DNA of 64,000 bases, from NCBI GenBank assembly GCA_030550585.1, contig JAUQPB010000001.1, positions 640,001 to 704,000 of the forward strand, read 5' to 3'. The stretch comes from Thermoproteota archaeon. GTDB taxonomy: Archaea; Thermoproteota; Thermoprotei_A; Sulfolobales; Ignisphaeraceae. The notes under the pieces were generated by a model that saw only the letters and a list, made by a program, of their open reading frames with translations, did not search any database and had not been told where the DNA came from. Shown here piece after piece: positions 19,532 to 28,726 of the stretch (its first letter is position 1; the number at the start of each line of letters is the position of its first letter). A program made the position numbers and the translations under genes.

Positions 19532-19797
19532 CTGGTTCACCTATCCCAAGAAATTTGACACCCCTCAAGAATATTCAAAAGTAGTGCATAAAGGCGACCA
19601 CACGCCTAGAACAACAAACAAATCAAGCAATAGAATGCGGAGACGCCAGCACGCTAATATGTAGCCCTCTGTTTTGTTCAAGGTGTTTGCTACTGCTACT
19701 ACTGCGGGTTTCTATAAATAGCCTCTTTTGGGGTCTCTTCTTCCCAGCTGTTTCTGTTTCTTTGTCTACTGCCACATGTTTTCTAGTGGGAGTGAAA

Positions 19798-20052
19798 ATG
19801 GGTTTAGCCAAAGAGCTTGCTGTTATTAGGGATGCTAGCGGTGTGGTTGATGTAGATGTTGAGTGTGCTGATAATAGGGTAGTTGTTAGGGTCACTTTCT
19901 TGGGCTCTGTCTCGGTGGGTGAGATTGGTAGGGCTGTTGGTGCTTTGGCAAGGGTTTTCAAGGGCTATAGACTGTCTGGTGTCAGCATATCCTCTCCCAG
20001 CTTCATCGACGTTTTTATAGAGTTTGTTAGGGGTGGTGATAGGGATGGATAG
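19798..20052 (+). CDS. Small ACT/ferredoxin-fold-like protein preceding arnR
   Basis: GGAGTGA RBS, 84 aa, alternating beta/alpha pattern. Its stop overlaps the arnR start. Confidence 0.6.
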   Translation: MGLAKELAVIRDASGVVDVDVECADNRVVVRVTFLGSVSVGEIGRAVGALARVFKGYRLSGVSISSPSFIDVFIEFVRGGDRDG

Positions 20053-20971
20053 CTTTGACAGCGTTCCCAACCAGGTTGGCGGTAGTGGTCTGCTAGGCTT
20101 AGACTCTAGGCTACAGGTTTTGAGGGAGCTCGACTCTGTCATAGATTTTGCTAGGGGGTTTCTACAGCTAAGAATTGTTCTATGCCTCGGTATAAAGGGC
20201 CCTATGACCAGCAGGGACATAGCGTCTGTTCTTGGCGAGAGGCAGAAGTCTGTTCTTGACGCTATTAGAAAGCTCGTTTCGAAGGGGCTAATTGTCAAGG
20301 AGTCTGATGGTGGGCTGGACCTATACAAGCTTTCTGACACTGGATTGGATTTCTATAGAAAGCTCCAAAATGTTGTTGGCGATGGCTGGAGACATAGGAT
20401 TTCTAGAGAGGAGAGAAGGGAGATGATACTAGACATAGCATCTGCAATGACCAAATACACGCATTTGATGGATGCTCTAATAGCTGTTGCAACCAGCAAA
20501 AATGGTGAGCTACCTCTTGCTGATATAGCAGATGCTATGAAGCTTAGCATAGACAGGGCCAAGACATACATAGAGATGTTTAGCGACAAGAGAAATGGTG
20601 TAAGAATATTTAAGAGAGTTGAGAGAAACTCTAAGATGTTGGAAAAGCTAGCCAAGATACTCAAGCCCCTTGGTATAAACATAAAAACATCTGTTGTAGT
20701 GTACAAGATTACGGAGGAGGGGCTAACAATATTCTATAAACAGCCATACTACCTCAAATACAAGAAGAGCTTGGCCAGCAGAATAGTTACAAAAATTTTC
20801 GGATCGGCGCACCCAAGGATAGTGCTGAAGAGGATGTCGATAGCAATGCTCGCAGCAACCCTGGCAATCGCCATAATAGCACTGGCTATCAGAACATCAT
20901 TATCACTTGCTTTATTTGGTAGCGTGGCATTTGCAACAACATTGATGTACATAGGCTATAAAGCTATCTAG
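20045..20971 (+). CDS. arnR: ArnR-like membrane-bound archaellum transcription regulator
   Basis: N-terminal wHTH (MTSRDIASVLGERQKSVLDAIRKLVSKGLI), a second HTH-like region and two C-terminal TM helices, inside the arl locus. Confidence 0.78.
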   Translation: MDSFDSVPNQVGGSGLLGLDSRLQVLRELDSVIDFARGFLQLRIVLCLGIKGPMTSRDIASVLGERQKSVLDAIRKLVSKGLIVKESDGGLDLYKLSDTGLDFYRKLQNVVGDGWRHRISREERREMILDIASAMTKYTHLMDALIAVATSKNGELPLADIADAMKLSIDRAKTYIEMFSDKRNGVRIFKRVERNSKMLEKLAKILKPLGINIKTSVVVYKITEEGLTIFYKQPYYLKYKKSLASRIVTKIFGSAHPRIVLKRMSIAMLAATLAIAIIALAIRTSLSLALFGSVAFATTLMYIGYKAI

Positions 20972-20986
20972 CAGGGGGACAAACCA

Positions 20987-21871
20987 ATGGCTGAGAACAG
21001 GGAGAAGAGAGCTGGTGAATGGCCGTGCAACTGCATTTTCTGTAGGGTATTTGTCCACCCATTTATGAGACGCAGGAAAACGGTTGAAAGCGTTGAAGAG
21101 GCTGTGGCTGTGGAGAGTTTAGTTGAGCAGCCTCCAACACCTCAAGAGGCTCAGAAGCCCCAAATAGATTTCAATGGGATTAAAGAGGCTGTTGCAGAGC
21201 ATGTGACCCTAATTGTTGATTCTAAACTGAAGGAGTTTTCCTCTAGAATAGATGCTGTCGAGGAGGAGGTTAAAAAGGTTAGAGAGGACATGGTTAAGAG
21301 CATCGATGAAGTGAAGAGTGCTCTAGTGGATATAAGAGCTGCTGTCACTGAGATTGCAAATCCATTCAATGTTCTTAGAACATATGCTCAACAAAGTTCT
21401 CGAGGAGCTGCCCCAAAGCCAAACCAGATCATAGAGAATTTTGAGAAGATGTTGGCAGGTATGTTGAAAAACGCTCCCCAGGAGTCTAGCGAGAGTGGGG
21501 AAAACCAGGGAGCAGCATCAGTTGAGGACATAGAGGCTATGTCAAAACAGGTTGTGTTAAAGGGGTACAAAAAACTTGGTTTATCAGGTCTGATAAAGCT
21601 TGTTAAATGGGTTGACGACATGTTGAATAGAGTTCCAAAAGAGGTTATAGAGGAGATAGCAAGGTTTATGAGAGCTGTGAACGCTGTTGATGAAGAGGAT
21701 GAGAGGATCATTCTTAGCGTGATAGAGTTTGTGTACAAGGCTAGAAAGATTGGTTTGAAGATCAACGAGCAGATATTGCATATGTACAACTTGGCAAAGG
21801 TCTTTGGGATAGAGGATAGGGAGGCAAGTGAAGAGGTGTTAAAACTGACTATGAATAGCGAGGTTGGGTAG
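20987..21871 (+). CDS. flaX: ArlX/FlaX-like archaellum accessory protein
   Basis: Coiled coil ending DEVKSALVDIRAAVTEIANPFNVL, similar to the Sulfolobales FlaX motif (recalled). Located immediately before arlG. Confidence 0.72.
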   Translation: MAENREKRAGEWPCNCIFCRVFVHPFMRRRKTVESVEEAVAVESLVEQPPTPQEAQKPQIDFNGIKEAVAEHVTLIVDSKLKEFSSRIDAVEEEVKKVREDMVKSIDEVKSALVDIRAAVTEIANPFNVLRTYAQQSSRGAAPKPNQIIENFEKMLAGMLKNAPQESSESGENQGAASVEDIEAMSKQVVLKGYKKLGLSGLIKLVKWVDDMLNRVPKEVIEEIARFMRAVNAVDEEDERIILSVIEFVYKARKIGLKINEQILHMYNLAKVFGIEDREASEEVLKLTMNSEVG

Positions 21872-21876
21872 AGAAG

Positions 21877-22359
21877 ATGGTTTCTGAAAGCATAAACACA
21901 GCAATAATTGTGACAGCAGGGGTTATACTAGCCGCCATGGTGTCAGCAGCCCTCCTATCACAGTTTGGTGTAATGGACTCTGCAATGAGGTTAACTGTTA
22001 AGAATGCTCAAGACAGGTTGCAGACAGAAATAACAATAGTACTGGCATCCATAAACACCTCTACAACTAGGTACTTCGTCATATATGCAAAGAACGTGGG
22101 AGCAAGATCAATATCGTTGCAAGAGCTGATGCAAACAGATGTATATTTGAAAGACTCCTACAAAACAGTTTTGCTAACATACAATAGTGGTGGGGGGCCC
22201 GGAAAATGGAATTTCACAGAAACTGTTCCTGATGGGGTTTGGGGTGTAGGGGAAACAATAGTTATTAAAGCTTTTAACACAACATCATTCTCCATCCCAA
22301 CAACAATAATAATCGCCCTTCCAAATGGTGTTTCTGCAGAATATCAATACACTGGGTGA
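21877..22359 (+). CDS. flaG: Archaellum stator protein ArlG/FlaG
   Basis: MVSESINTAII.. N-terminal TM, IYAKNVG, WGVGETI and LPNGVS. Confidence 0.88.
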   Translation: MVSESINTAIIVTAGVILAAMVSAALLSQFGVMDSAMRLTVKNAQDRLQTEITIVLASINTSTTRYFVIYAKNVGARSISLQELMQTDVYLKDSYKTVLLTYNSGGGPGKWNFTETVPDGVWGVGETIVIKAFNTTSFSIPTTIIIALPNGVSAEYQYTG

Positions 22360-22364
22360 ACCAC

Positions 22365-22886
22365 ATGGGCAGGGGGATATCATCGCCAATATCAGCAGCG
22401 ATAATAGGGTTCACAATAGTTGCTCTAGCCATATACACAACATATGTTACTGTCAATGCTATACTCCAGGTATATACAACACCTAGAGGCAACCAACATA
22501 CGGAATGCGGATATATAAGGCTGGTGAATTCAACCCTATATCCCAATAATACGATTGAAATTGTTATTGAGAATGATGGTCCCAGCACAGTGGCTAGTCT
22601 AGATGATCTAGGCATGGCCCTAGTTCTATATGCGAATAGTAGCCAGTATACATACTCGCTTAGATACTGCGGCTCTCCAGCCCCTGGCTGCTGGGTTGCT
22701 GAGAGCATTGCTGTCGGCTCAAAAACATTTGAGGCCTATAGTAAAAGACCTTTTAGACCTGGCGAAACGCTCTATGCAAAGGCTTTTCCACCAATACAGC
22801 TGACCTCTGCAGACTACAGCTATCTAGCTGTTTTTACAGGGTGTTCAAGGGCGGAGAGGGTTATTATTCCATTAAGTAGTGGGTGA
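22365..22886 (+). CDS. flaF: Archaellum stator protein ArlF/FlaF
   Basis: N-terminal TM, IENDGPS and FRPGETL; lies between flaG and flaH. Confidence 0.75.
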   Translation: MGRGISSPISAAIIGFTIVALAIYTTYVTVNAILQVYTTPRGNQHTECGYIRLVNSTLYPNNTIEIVIENDGPSTVASLDDLGMALVLYANSSQYTYSLRYCGSPAPGCWVAESIAVGSKTFEAYSKRPFRPGETLYAKAFPPIQLTSADYSYLAVFTGCSRAERVIIPLSSG

Positions 22887-22892
22887 TGGTGC

Positions 22893-23603
22893 TTGGCTAG
22901 AAGAGATGTTGTTACAACCGGTAGTGAGGAGCTGGACTCCAGGCTTGGAGGTGGAATACCGGTGCCATCTCTTCTGCTGGTTGAAGGGGATCATGGCACG
23001 GGTAAAAGTGTCGTTGTTCAGCAGATAGCATACGGGGCTTTGAAGAGCGGTTTAAGGGTTTACTACATAACAACCGAGTCTACAGTTAGAGAGCTTCTGC
23101 TTCAGGCAAAGAGGGTGAGCTTTGATATGACAAACTACTTTCTGAAGGGGTTTCTAAAGATATTTCCTGTGCATATGGAGGGGGCTAGATGGGCTAAAAA
23201 CATTGCAAAGCTTCTTCTTCAGATAGTGGGGAACTTCATGGTCAAGACTATGAGCGATTGGGATCTGTTTATAGTAGACTCCTTCTCTGTTCTAGCAGTA
23301 TATGCAAGTACAAGTACAGTTCTAGACTTTTTGACTATAGCAAAAAATGTTGTTTCACAAGATAAGCTGGTTATACTATCTGTTCACCCTGGTGTTCTAA
23401 GCGAGGAAATTATGATTAGGGCTAGAAGTGTTTGTGATGGGTATATAAGGCTGAGAGCGATGGAGATAGGGGGTATGATGATAAAAGCTATGGAGGTGGT
23501 AAAGCTTAGGGGGGCTCTAGGACCTGTAGACTCGCTGATAGCATTTGATGTTGATCCAGCCTTCGGAATAAAGGTTCTCCCACTATCACTTGCAAAGGCG
23601 TAG
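22893..23603 (+). CDS. flaH: Archaellum ATP-binding protein ArlH/FlaH
   Basis: ELDSRLGGGIP, EGDHGTGKS, IVDSFS and AFDVDPAFGIKVLP. Confidence 0.95.
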   Translation: MARRDVVTTGSEELDSRLGGGIPVPSLLLVEGDHGTGKSVVVQQIAYGALKSGLRVYYITTESTVRELLLQAKRVSFDMTNYFLKGFLKIFPVHMEGARWAKNIAKLLLQIVGNFMVKTMSDWDLFIVDSFSVLAVYASTSTVLDFLTIAKNVVSQDKLVILSVHPGVLSEEIMIRARSVCDGYIRLRAMEIGGMMIKAMEVVKLRGALGPVDSLIAFDVDPAFGIKVLPLSLAKA

Positions 23604-23607
23604 AGAC

Positions 23608-25284
23608 ATGGCGTTGCAAACAGTTCTAGACCCTAAGCTAGCGAAGCATGCTAGAGAACACCCATATCTGCTAAACTACTTGAATAGTGTGGTAAAAGAG
23701 GTTGGGATGCCAATTCTCTACGAGGCTCACGAGCTAAGCTATGATATGAAGAAGCTTAGAAACGTCAACATTATATATTACATAGGCGACGGGATATACA
23801 TACATGTTTACATGCCCCCCAAGGGGACGGTCAGCGGCTATAGAAAATATGTTGCTATAGAGCCTCCCAGACCCCATCCCAACCTCTTCAGAATTATCGA
23901 GCTAAAGCTTGCCGAGACAATCACCGAACAAGATGTGTCAGAGGATCCAAACGAGAAAAGAAATATCCTTCTAAGAAAACTGGAAAAAATTGTAAAGGTT
24001 GTTGATGACCCTGTTAACTATGAGAGGATAAAGCCTGATTCTAGAACAGTACCTGTTTACAGAGGGGATCTAGAGTACCTGAAATACTATGTGGTAAGAG
24101 ATAAGATTGGGCTTGGAACCCTAGAACCATTTACCAAGGATCCCTGGCTTGAAGACATAACTTGTAGGGGGCTGGGCTACGTATATGTCTTCCACAAGAT
24201 ATTCGGGCCACTGGAAACAAATATTGAGTTCAAGACTGAGGAAGAGCTGGACACATTCATAATAAAACTTGCTGAGAGGATCGGGAAGCCAATATCCCAT
24301 GCAAGACCTATAGTAGATGCAACACTGCCAGACGGCTCAAGGATAAACATTGTCTATGGACATGATGTCAGTCTCCACGGCTCCAACTTCACAATAAGAA
24401 AGTTTAGTAAGATACCAGTCAGCATAACACAGTTGATAGCCTGGAACACCATGGACGCAAGGGTAGCGGCGTATCTATGGATCTTGCTAAACAGCAATAT
24501 GAGTGGGTTCATATGTGGTGAGACAGCGAGTGGAAAAACAACAACGTTAAATGCTATAGCAGTATTCATACCACCAACATATAAAGTGATATCTATTGAA
24601 GATACCGCAGAGGTTCAGCTACCCCACCTAAACTGGGTCAGAGAGCTAACGAGAGACACTGGAGTGAAGGAGTCATCGATAACAATGTTCGACTTGCTAA
24701 GAGCAGCATTGAGACAGAGACCAAACTACATAATCGTTGGCGAGATTAGGGGCGCTGAAGCTGCAATAGCTTTTCAGGCTATGCAGACTGGCCACCCCGT
24801 TCTCTCCACATTTCACGCTGCTAGTGTTGAGAGGGTTGTTCAGAGACTCACTGGAGACCCTATAAACATTCCAAAGAGCTTTATGGACAACCTAAACTTT
24901 GTTCTTATCCAGAGCGCTGTCTGGAGAGAGGGTATAATGGTTAGAAGGGTTCTTAGTGTGAATGAAATCATAGGCTACGACCCAAAAGCAGATGCTATAG
25001 TCTATGTACCGGTCTTTGTCTGGGATCCAGTCAGAGACGTATTTGCATTTAGGGGTAGGGGAGCTAGCTATCTGCTCGAGAACAAAATCGCTGCCATGAG
25101 AGGCATTTCAAGAACCCAGATGAGAAAAATCTATGATGAGATTGAACAGAGGGCATACTTCCTAAGACTTCTTGTCGAGAAGAAGATTTTCAACTATTTT
25201 GATGTGTGGAACGCTATTATAAAGACCTATGAGATTGGACTGGACACAGCCATTAAAAGACTTGAGAGAGGTAGTTTGGTATAG
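23608..25284 (+). CDS. flaI: Archaellum motor ATPase ArlI/FlaI
   Basis: GETASGKTT, SIEDTAE, ALRQRPNYIIVGEIRG and QAMQTGH..STFHA. Confidence 0.96.
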   Translation: MALQTVLDPKLAKHAREHPYLLNYLNSVVKEVGMPILYEAHELSYDMKKLRNVNIIYYIGDGIYIHVYMPPKGTVSGYRKYVAIEPPRPHPNLFRIIELKLAETITEQDVSEDPNEKRNILLRKLEKIVKVVDDPVNYERIKPDSRTVPVYRGDLEYLKYYVVRDKIGLGTLEPFTKDPWLEDITCRGLGYVYVFHKIFGPLETNIEFKTEEELDTFIIKLAERIGKPISHARPIVDATLPDGSRINIVYGHDVSLHGSNFTIRKFSKIPVSITQLIAWNTMDARVAAYLWILLNSNMSGFICGETASGKTTTLNAIAVFIPPTYKVISIEDTAEVQLPHLNWVRELTRDTGVKESSITMFDLLRAALRQRPNYIIVGEIRGAEAAIAFQAMQTGHPVLSTFHAASVERVVQRLTGDPINIPKSFMDNLNFVLIQSAVWREGIMVRRVLSVNEIIGYDPKADAIVYVPVFVWDPVRDVFAFRGRGASYLLENKIAAMRGISRTQMRKIYDEIEQRAYFLRLLVEKKIFNYFDVWNAIIKTYEIGLDTAIKRLERGSLV

Positions 25285-26879
25285 CACGCCGTAGAAACAT
25301 TTTAAAGAGTCCATATCTGTGGAGCTCGATAGCCATAGCAATAATAGCCATTTTTCTACCGCCACCACTAAACTTTGTTCTATTGGCTTTCTCCCCCCTG
25401 CCACTCGTAATCGGATTTGTGATAGATTTTCTCAGGAGGAGAGGCATAACAGCTGTTATAGATGAGGATATGCTTTATCTAGCAACACATATGTACGCTG
25501 TTTCAACTGGAAAACCTCCACATGAAAGGATATTCAGTCTTGGGAGTGTGTCTGGCAAGGGATATGGTAAATACACACAGGTTTTGAATAGAATTGCAAG
25601 TCTTGGCAGGAGGTGGGGCTATGGGTTTGTCATAGCAACGAAGCTACAGGCCAAAGAGGTTGAGAATGTTCTTTTCGCAGATTTTCTCAATAGATTAGCT
25701 GAGGCTATAAATGTTGGCGAGGATCTGGAGACTTTTCTCCACATAGAGCACAACACTATGCTTGTTAGCTATGAGGCTGACTATGCAAGGGTTTTAGAGG
25801 CTCTAAAGCTTCTTCTAGGAATATACACAGCATCTATAAGCTCAGCCATATTCATAGTGATTAACATGGTCTTGCTATCCTTCTTCTTCGGAGGAATAAA
25901 CATGGTGATAACATCTTTTATAGGAACCATGGTGGCATTAGCCGCTTTAGTGGTTCTGATAAGAAGGTCTCTCCCTAGACAAGCGATAGTTCACGATCTA
26001 AAGATTAACATGCCTGAGATAAGGTTGTACATATACTCCTTGGCAACATCAATAGCCGCTGCAAGTCTGGTAGGGTTCTACACTCTTGTTAGATTTGGGC
26101 AACCAGCATATTTTCTTGTGGCATACGGGCTATTCCTACTTATACCAGGTTTGATTGGGAGGAGGATAGAGAACAAGGTTAAAAATATTGAGAGCTTCTT
26201 CACAGTATTCATAAGAAGTTTGGGGCTTACATACAGCACCCTGAGGAACTATGCCCAAAGCGTTAGAAGCATTCTAGCCTCTGATCTAGGTCTTTTGACA
26301 AGGCATCTAAGAAAATTGTATGCTAGGCTTAGAAATGGCATAGACACTAGGGTGGCTTTTCTATACTTCGTTGGTGAAACAGGTAGCGAGACTGTTAGAA
26401 GAGGTATAGACATATTCTACGATGCTATAGAGGCTGGTGGAGACCCTGTAAAGGTTGGCGAGGCCCTTAGCACAACAATTCAGAGGATACTGAATCTGAG
26501 GAAGCAGAGAGAGCAGGTTGCAAGAGCATTCCAGGGGGTTGTATACATACTGACAATACTTATAGTAGCTCTAGCAGAGTTTGTCTTCACGCTAACTCTA
26601 ATACTACAACAAGTATTTGCTGTAGCTGGAGGAAGTGTTCAGATAATTCCATTTACATACATAGAGCCTGCAATAATCACAGCAATTAAAATAGGGCTTG
26701 TATTCACAATAACAATACTCAACGCATTTGCCCTACAGTTTGCCAGAGGGGGATACACAGGAGCAGCATGGCTCCACGCATCAATTCTGCTCATACTAAG
26801 TGGGGCGACAATGGTTATATCATCTATGTTTTCGCAAATGCTATACCAAATGATACAGCTGCCACAAATAACACCATAA
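25281..26879 (+). CDS. flaJ: Archaellum membrane platform protein ArlJ/FlaJ (start ATA 25281 or TTG 25383)
   Basis: Two GspF-like repeats (DFLNRLAEAINVGEDLETFL; FFTVFIRSLG...ETGSE..RRGIDIF) and multiple TMs. The frame stays open back to 25275. Confidence 0.92.
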   Translation: MARRRNILKSPYLWSSIAIAIIAIFLPPPLNFVLLAFSPLPLVIGFVIDFLRRRGITAVIDEDMLYLATHMYAVSTGKPPHERIFSLGSVSGKGYGKYTQVLNRIASLGRRWGYGFVIATKLQAKEVENVLFADFLNRLAEAINVGEDLETFLHIEHNTMLVSYEADYARVLEALKLLLGIYTASISSAIFIVINMVLLSFFFGGINMVITSFIGTMVALAALVVLIRRSLPRQAIVHDLKINMPEIRLYIYSLATSIAAASLVGFYTLVRFGQPAYFLVAYGLFLLIPGLIGRRIENKVKNIESFFTVFIRSLGLTYSTLRNYAQSVRSILASDLGLLTRHLRKLYARLRNGIDTRVAFLYFVGETGSETVRRGIDIFYDAIEAGGDPVKVGEALSTTIQRILNLRKQREQVARAFQGVVYILTILIVALAEFVFTLTLILQQVFAVAGGSVQIIPFTYIEPAIITAIKIGLVFTITILNAFALQFARGGYTGAAWLHASILLILSGATMVISSMFSQMLYQMIQLPQITP

Positions 26880-26886
26880 AACTTCC

Positions 26887-27141
26887 TCATGGCGATAAAT
26901 CATCTAAGCACTTCCTAAACTCTCTACAAAGACTATTGTCATAGACGCAAACAGCTTTCACAATACAGTTTACAGTCTCAGCACTCGACAAAACCTTTAC
27001 AGCCTCTAGAATATGGCACAAATCCTTGCACACAGCACTCGAGCCTCTGGAACTGAAAATGTATAGTCTAAGAAAGTTTCCGTAGCCAGGGACAACCCTG
27101 TTTATGGCAGCAAAAAACTCTTCGCAGATATGCTCAGACAT
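26887..27141 (-). CDS. Small Cys-rich protein downstream of KaiC-like ATPase
   Basis: 84 aa with 7 Cys, same strand as and downstream of the KaiC-like gene. Confidence 0.6.
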   Translation of the reverse strand: MSEHICEEFFAAINRVVPGYGNFLRLYIFSSRGSSAVCKDLCHILEAVKVLSSAETVNCIVKAVCVYDNSLCREFRKCLDDLSP

Positions 27142-27227
27142 GGTACACACAGTATAGTGTGTTGCAAGAGCATTACTTTAAATTGGCTTCTGAGGGCTAC
27201 TCCAAATCTACAAAAAAGAGTTGACTG

Positions 27228-28619
27228 CTAACCCCCTATCAACTTTCTCTTGATTAAATCAACAAGCTCTTCAAGACAGCTATCAAGCTCTTCTTGCTTT
27301 ATGATGTGGGGCTCCTCACCCCTCCTCCATACATACATCTTATATCTATATTCACCATCAATCTGCTCCACATCATGTCTAATAACAACATCTGAAAGCA
27401 TAGAGTTTATATCGTATATCTCTTTATTTGCTATAGACCCTATTCTAATAATGAGCTTACCCATATTCCTCAAGTAGTTGAGCTCGTTATACAAACTTCT
27501 GATATACTCTTCTCTATTTCTTGTAGCAAATATTTCAATGCCGTGAAAAGCAACTATGTCTGCATCGTTCGGTATCATCAGTAGCTCTCTAATTGCAAGC
27601 TCATCAGTACTGTAGGTAAACGGATTTATGCTTCTTATTTTGATGTAGTCCTGGATAATCTTATCAACAACCTCTCTACTTATACCAGTCTGCGAAAAGC
27701 TCTTGCGTATTAGATCTTTTATCACATCTGGTGGATAGAGGTATGAGAGAATATGAATCTTTAGATCATTTAGAACCGCTATACCTATGAACATCGGTAT
27801 GTATATTAGGGGTCTTGCATCTGGTGGGTAGGAGATATATACTGTCATACCTTTGTGCAGGTGCTTTATAATGTTCCTCAGCTTAGTGCAAAAAACATCA
27901 ACCTCCGGACCCTCTCTAGCTACTTCCTCGAGTATTGGAGGTGCATAGAGCTCGATGCCCCTACCCTCGACTATTGAGAACGGTATTTCTGCTACAGATA
28001 TTGGAGAGCTACGAGACTTCCTAATTTCGAGTTTTCTAACAAGCAGATTGCTCTTTATTCCATGCTTTAAAATCAGTACCGCATCAGCTACAAACTCTAT
28101 AGAGCCAAGATCAATAGATTTACTGCCAAACGGGAGCTCAGCCACAAGAATGCAGACGCCATTTATAGTTTTGGGTAGGTTGTAGAAGTAGTTTTGCAGC
28201 CACGCTCTCTTAGCATGGTCGCCTTCAACAGCATTTAGAAGAGGGTTGACAGAGTCTATGACAACAACTCTGAAGTCTTGTGATGCAACAAGAGAGCTTA
28301 TCTCATTGATTATCTCCTCAACTGCTGAGGATATGGGGAAGCTAAGGTGTTTTACAAGCCCTTTGGATTCAAGGGCGTAGAAATCCATTCCAAGTCTCTT
28401 CATATTTCTATACAGCTTCTGCTTATCCTCTTGCTGGGATACAAACAAACATTTCTTGCTATTCAATGCGTTTGCATAGCATATTGTTGAGGCAAATGTT
28501 GTTTTTCCAGATCCTGGGTGGCCAGCTATAACAATGGTAGATGGAGGCTCTAGTACAGGTTTGAGAAGTTTGTCAAGTGTGCTGATGCCAAAGGTGAAAT
28601 CATTGTCTGTCACAATCAA
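27228..28619 (-). CDS. KaiC/RecA-superfamily ATPase (tandem domains, second degenerate)
   Basis: FGISTLDKLL, AGHPGSGKTT, VVIDS and EFVADAVLIL..RKLEIRKSR. The second domain lacks Walker A. Confidence 0.88.
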   Translation of the reverse strand: MIVTDNDFTFGISTLDKLLKPVLEPPSTIVIAGHPGSGKTTFASTICYANALNSKKCLFVSQQEDKQKLYRNMKRLGMDFYALESKGLVKHLSFPISSAVEEIINEISSLVASQDFRVVVIDSVNPLLNAVEGDHAKRAWLQNYFYNLPKTINGVCILVAELPFGSKSIDLGSIEFVADAVLILKHGIKSNLLVRKLEIRKSRSSPISVAEIPFSIVEGRGIELYAPPILEEVAREGPEVDVFCTKLRNIIKHLHKGMTVYISYPPDARPLIYIPMFIGIAVLNDLKIHILSYLYPPDVIKDLIRKSFSQTGISREVVDKIIQDYIKIRSINPFTYSTDELAIRELLMIPNDADIVAFHGIEIFATRNREEYIRSLYNELNYLRNMGKLIIRIGSIANKEIYDINSMLSDVVIRHDVEQIDGEYRYKMYVWRRGEEPHIIKQEELDSCLEELVDLIKRKLIGG

Positions 28620-28726
28620 ACCCTCTAGAATTGTTTAACATGTTTGAGGTCTTCATACACCCCTTTACAACTAACTATTTAAAAGCATATATAATATGTG
28701 TAGCCAATAAAGAAATTGACTGTTGT

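Noticed and set aside
22365-22420. ArlF N-terminus RG|ISSPIS as a class III signal peptide (extra pilin)
   Set aside because: It lacks the +5 Glu, and its position and motifs fit ordinary ArlF. The evidence is too thin.
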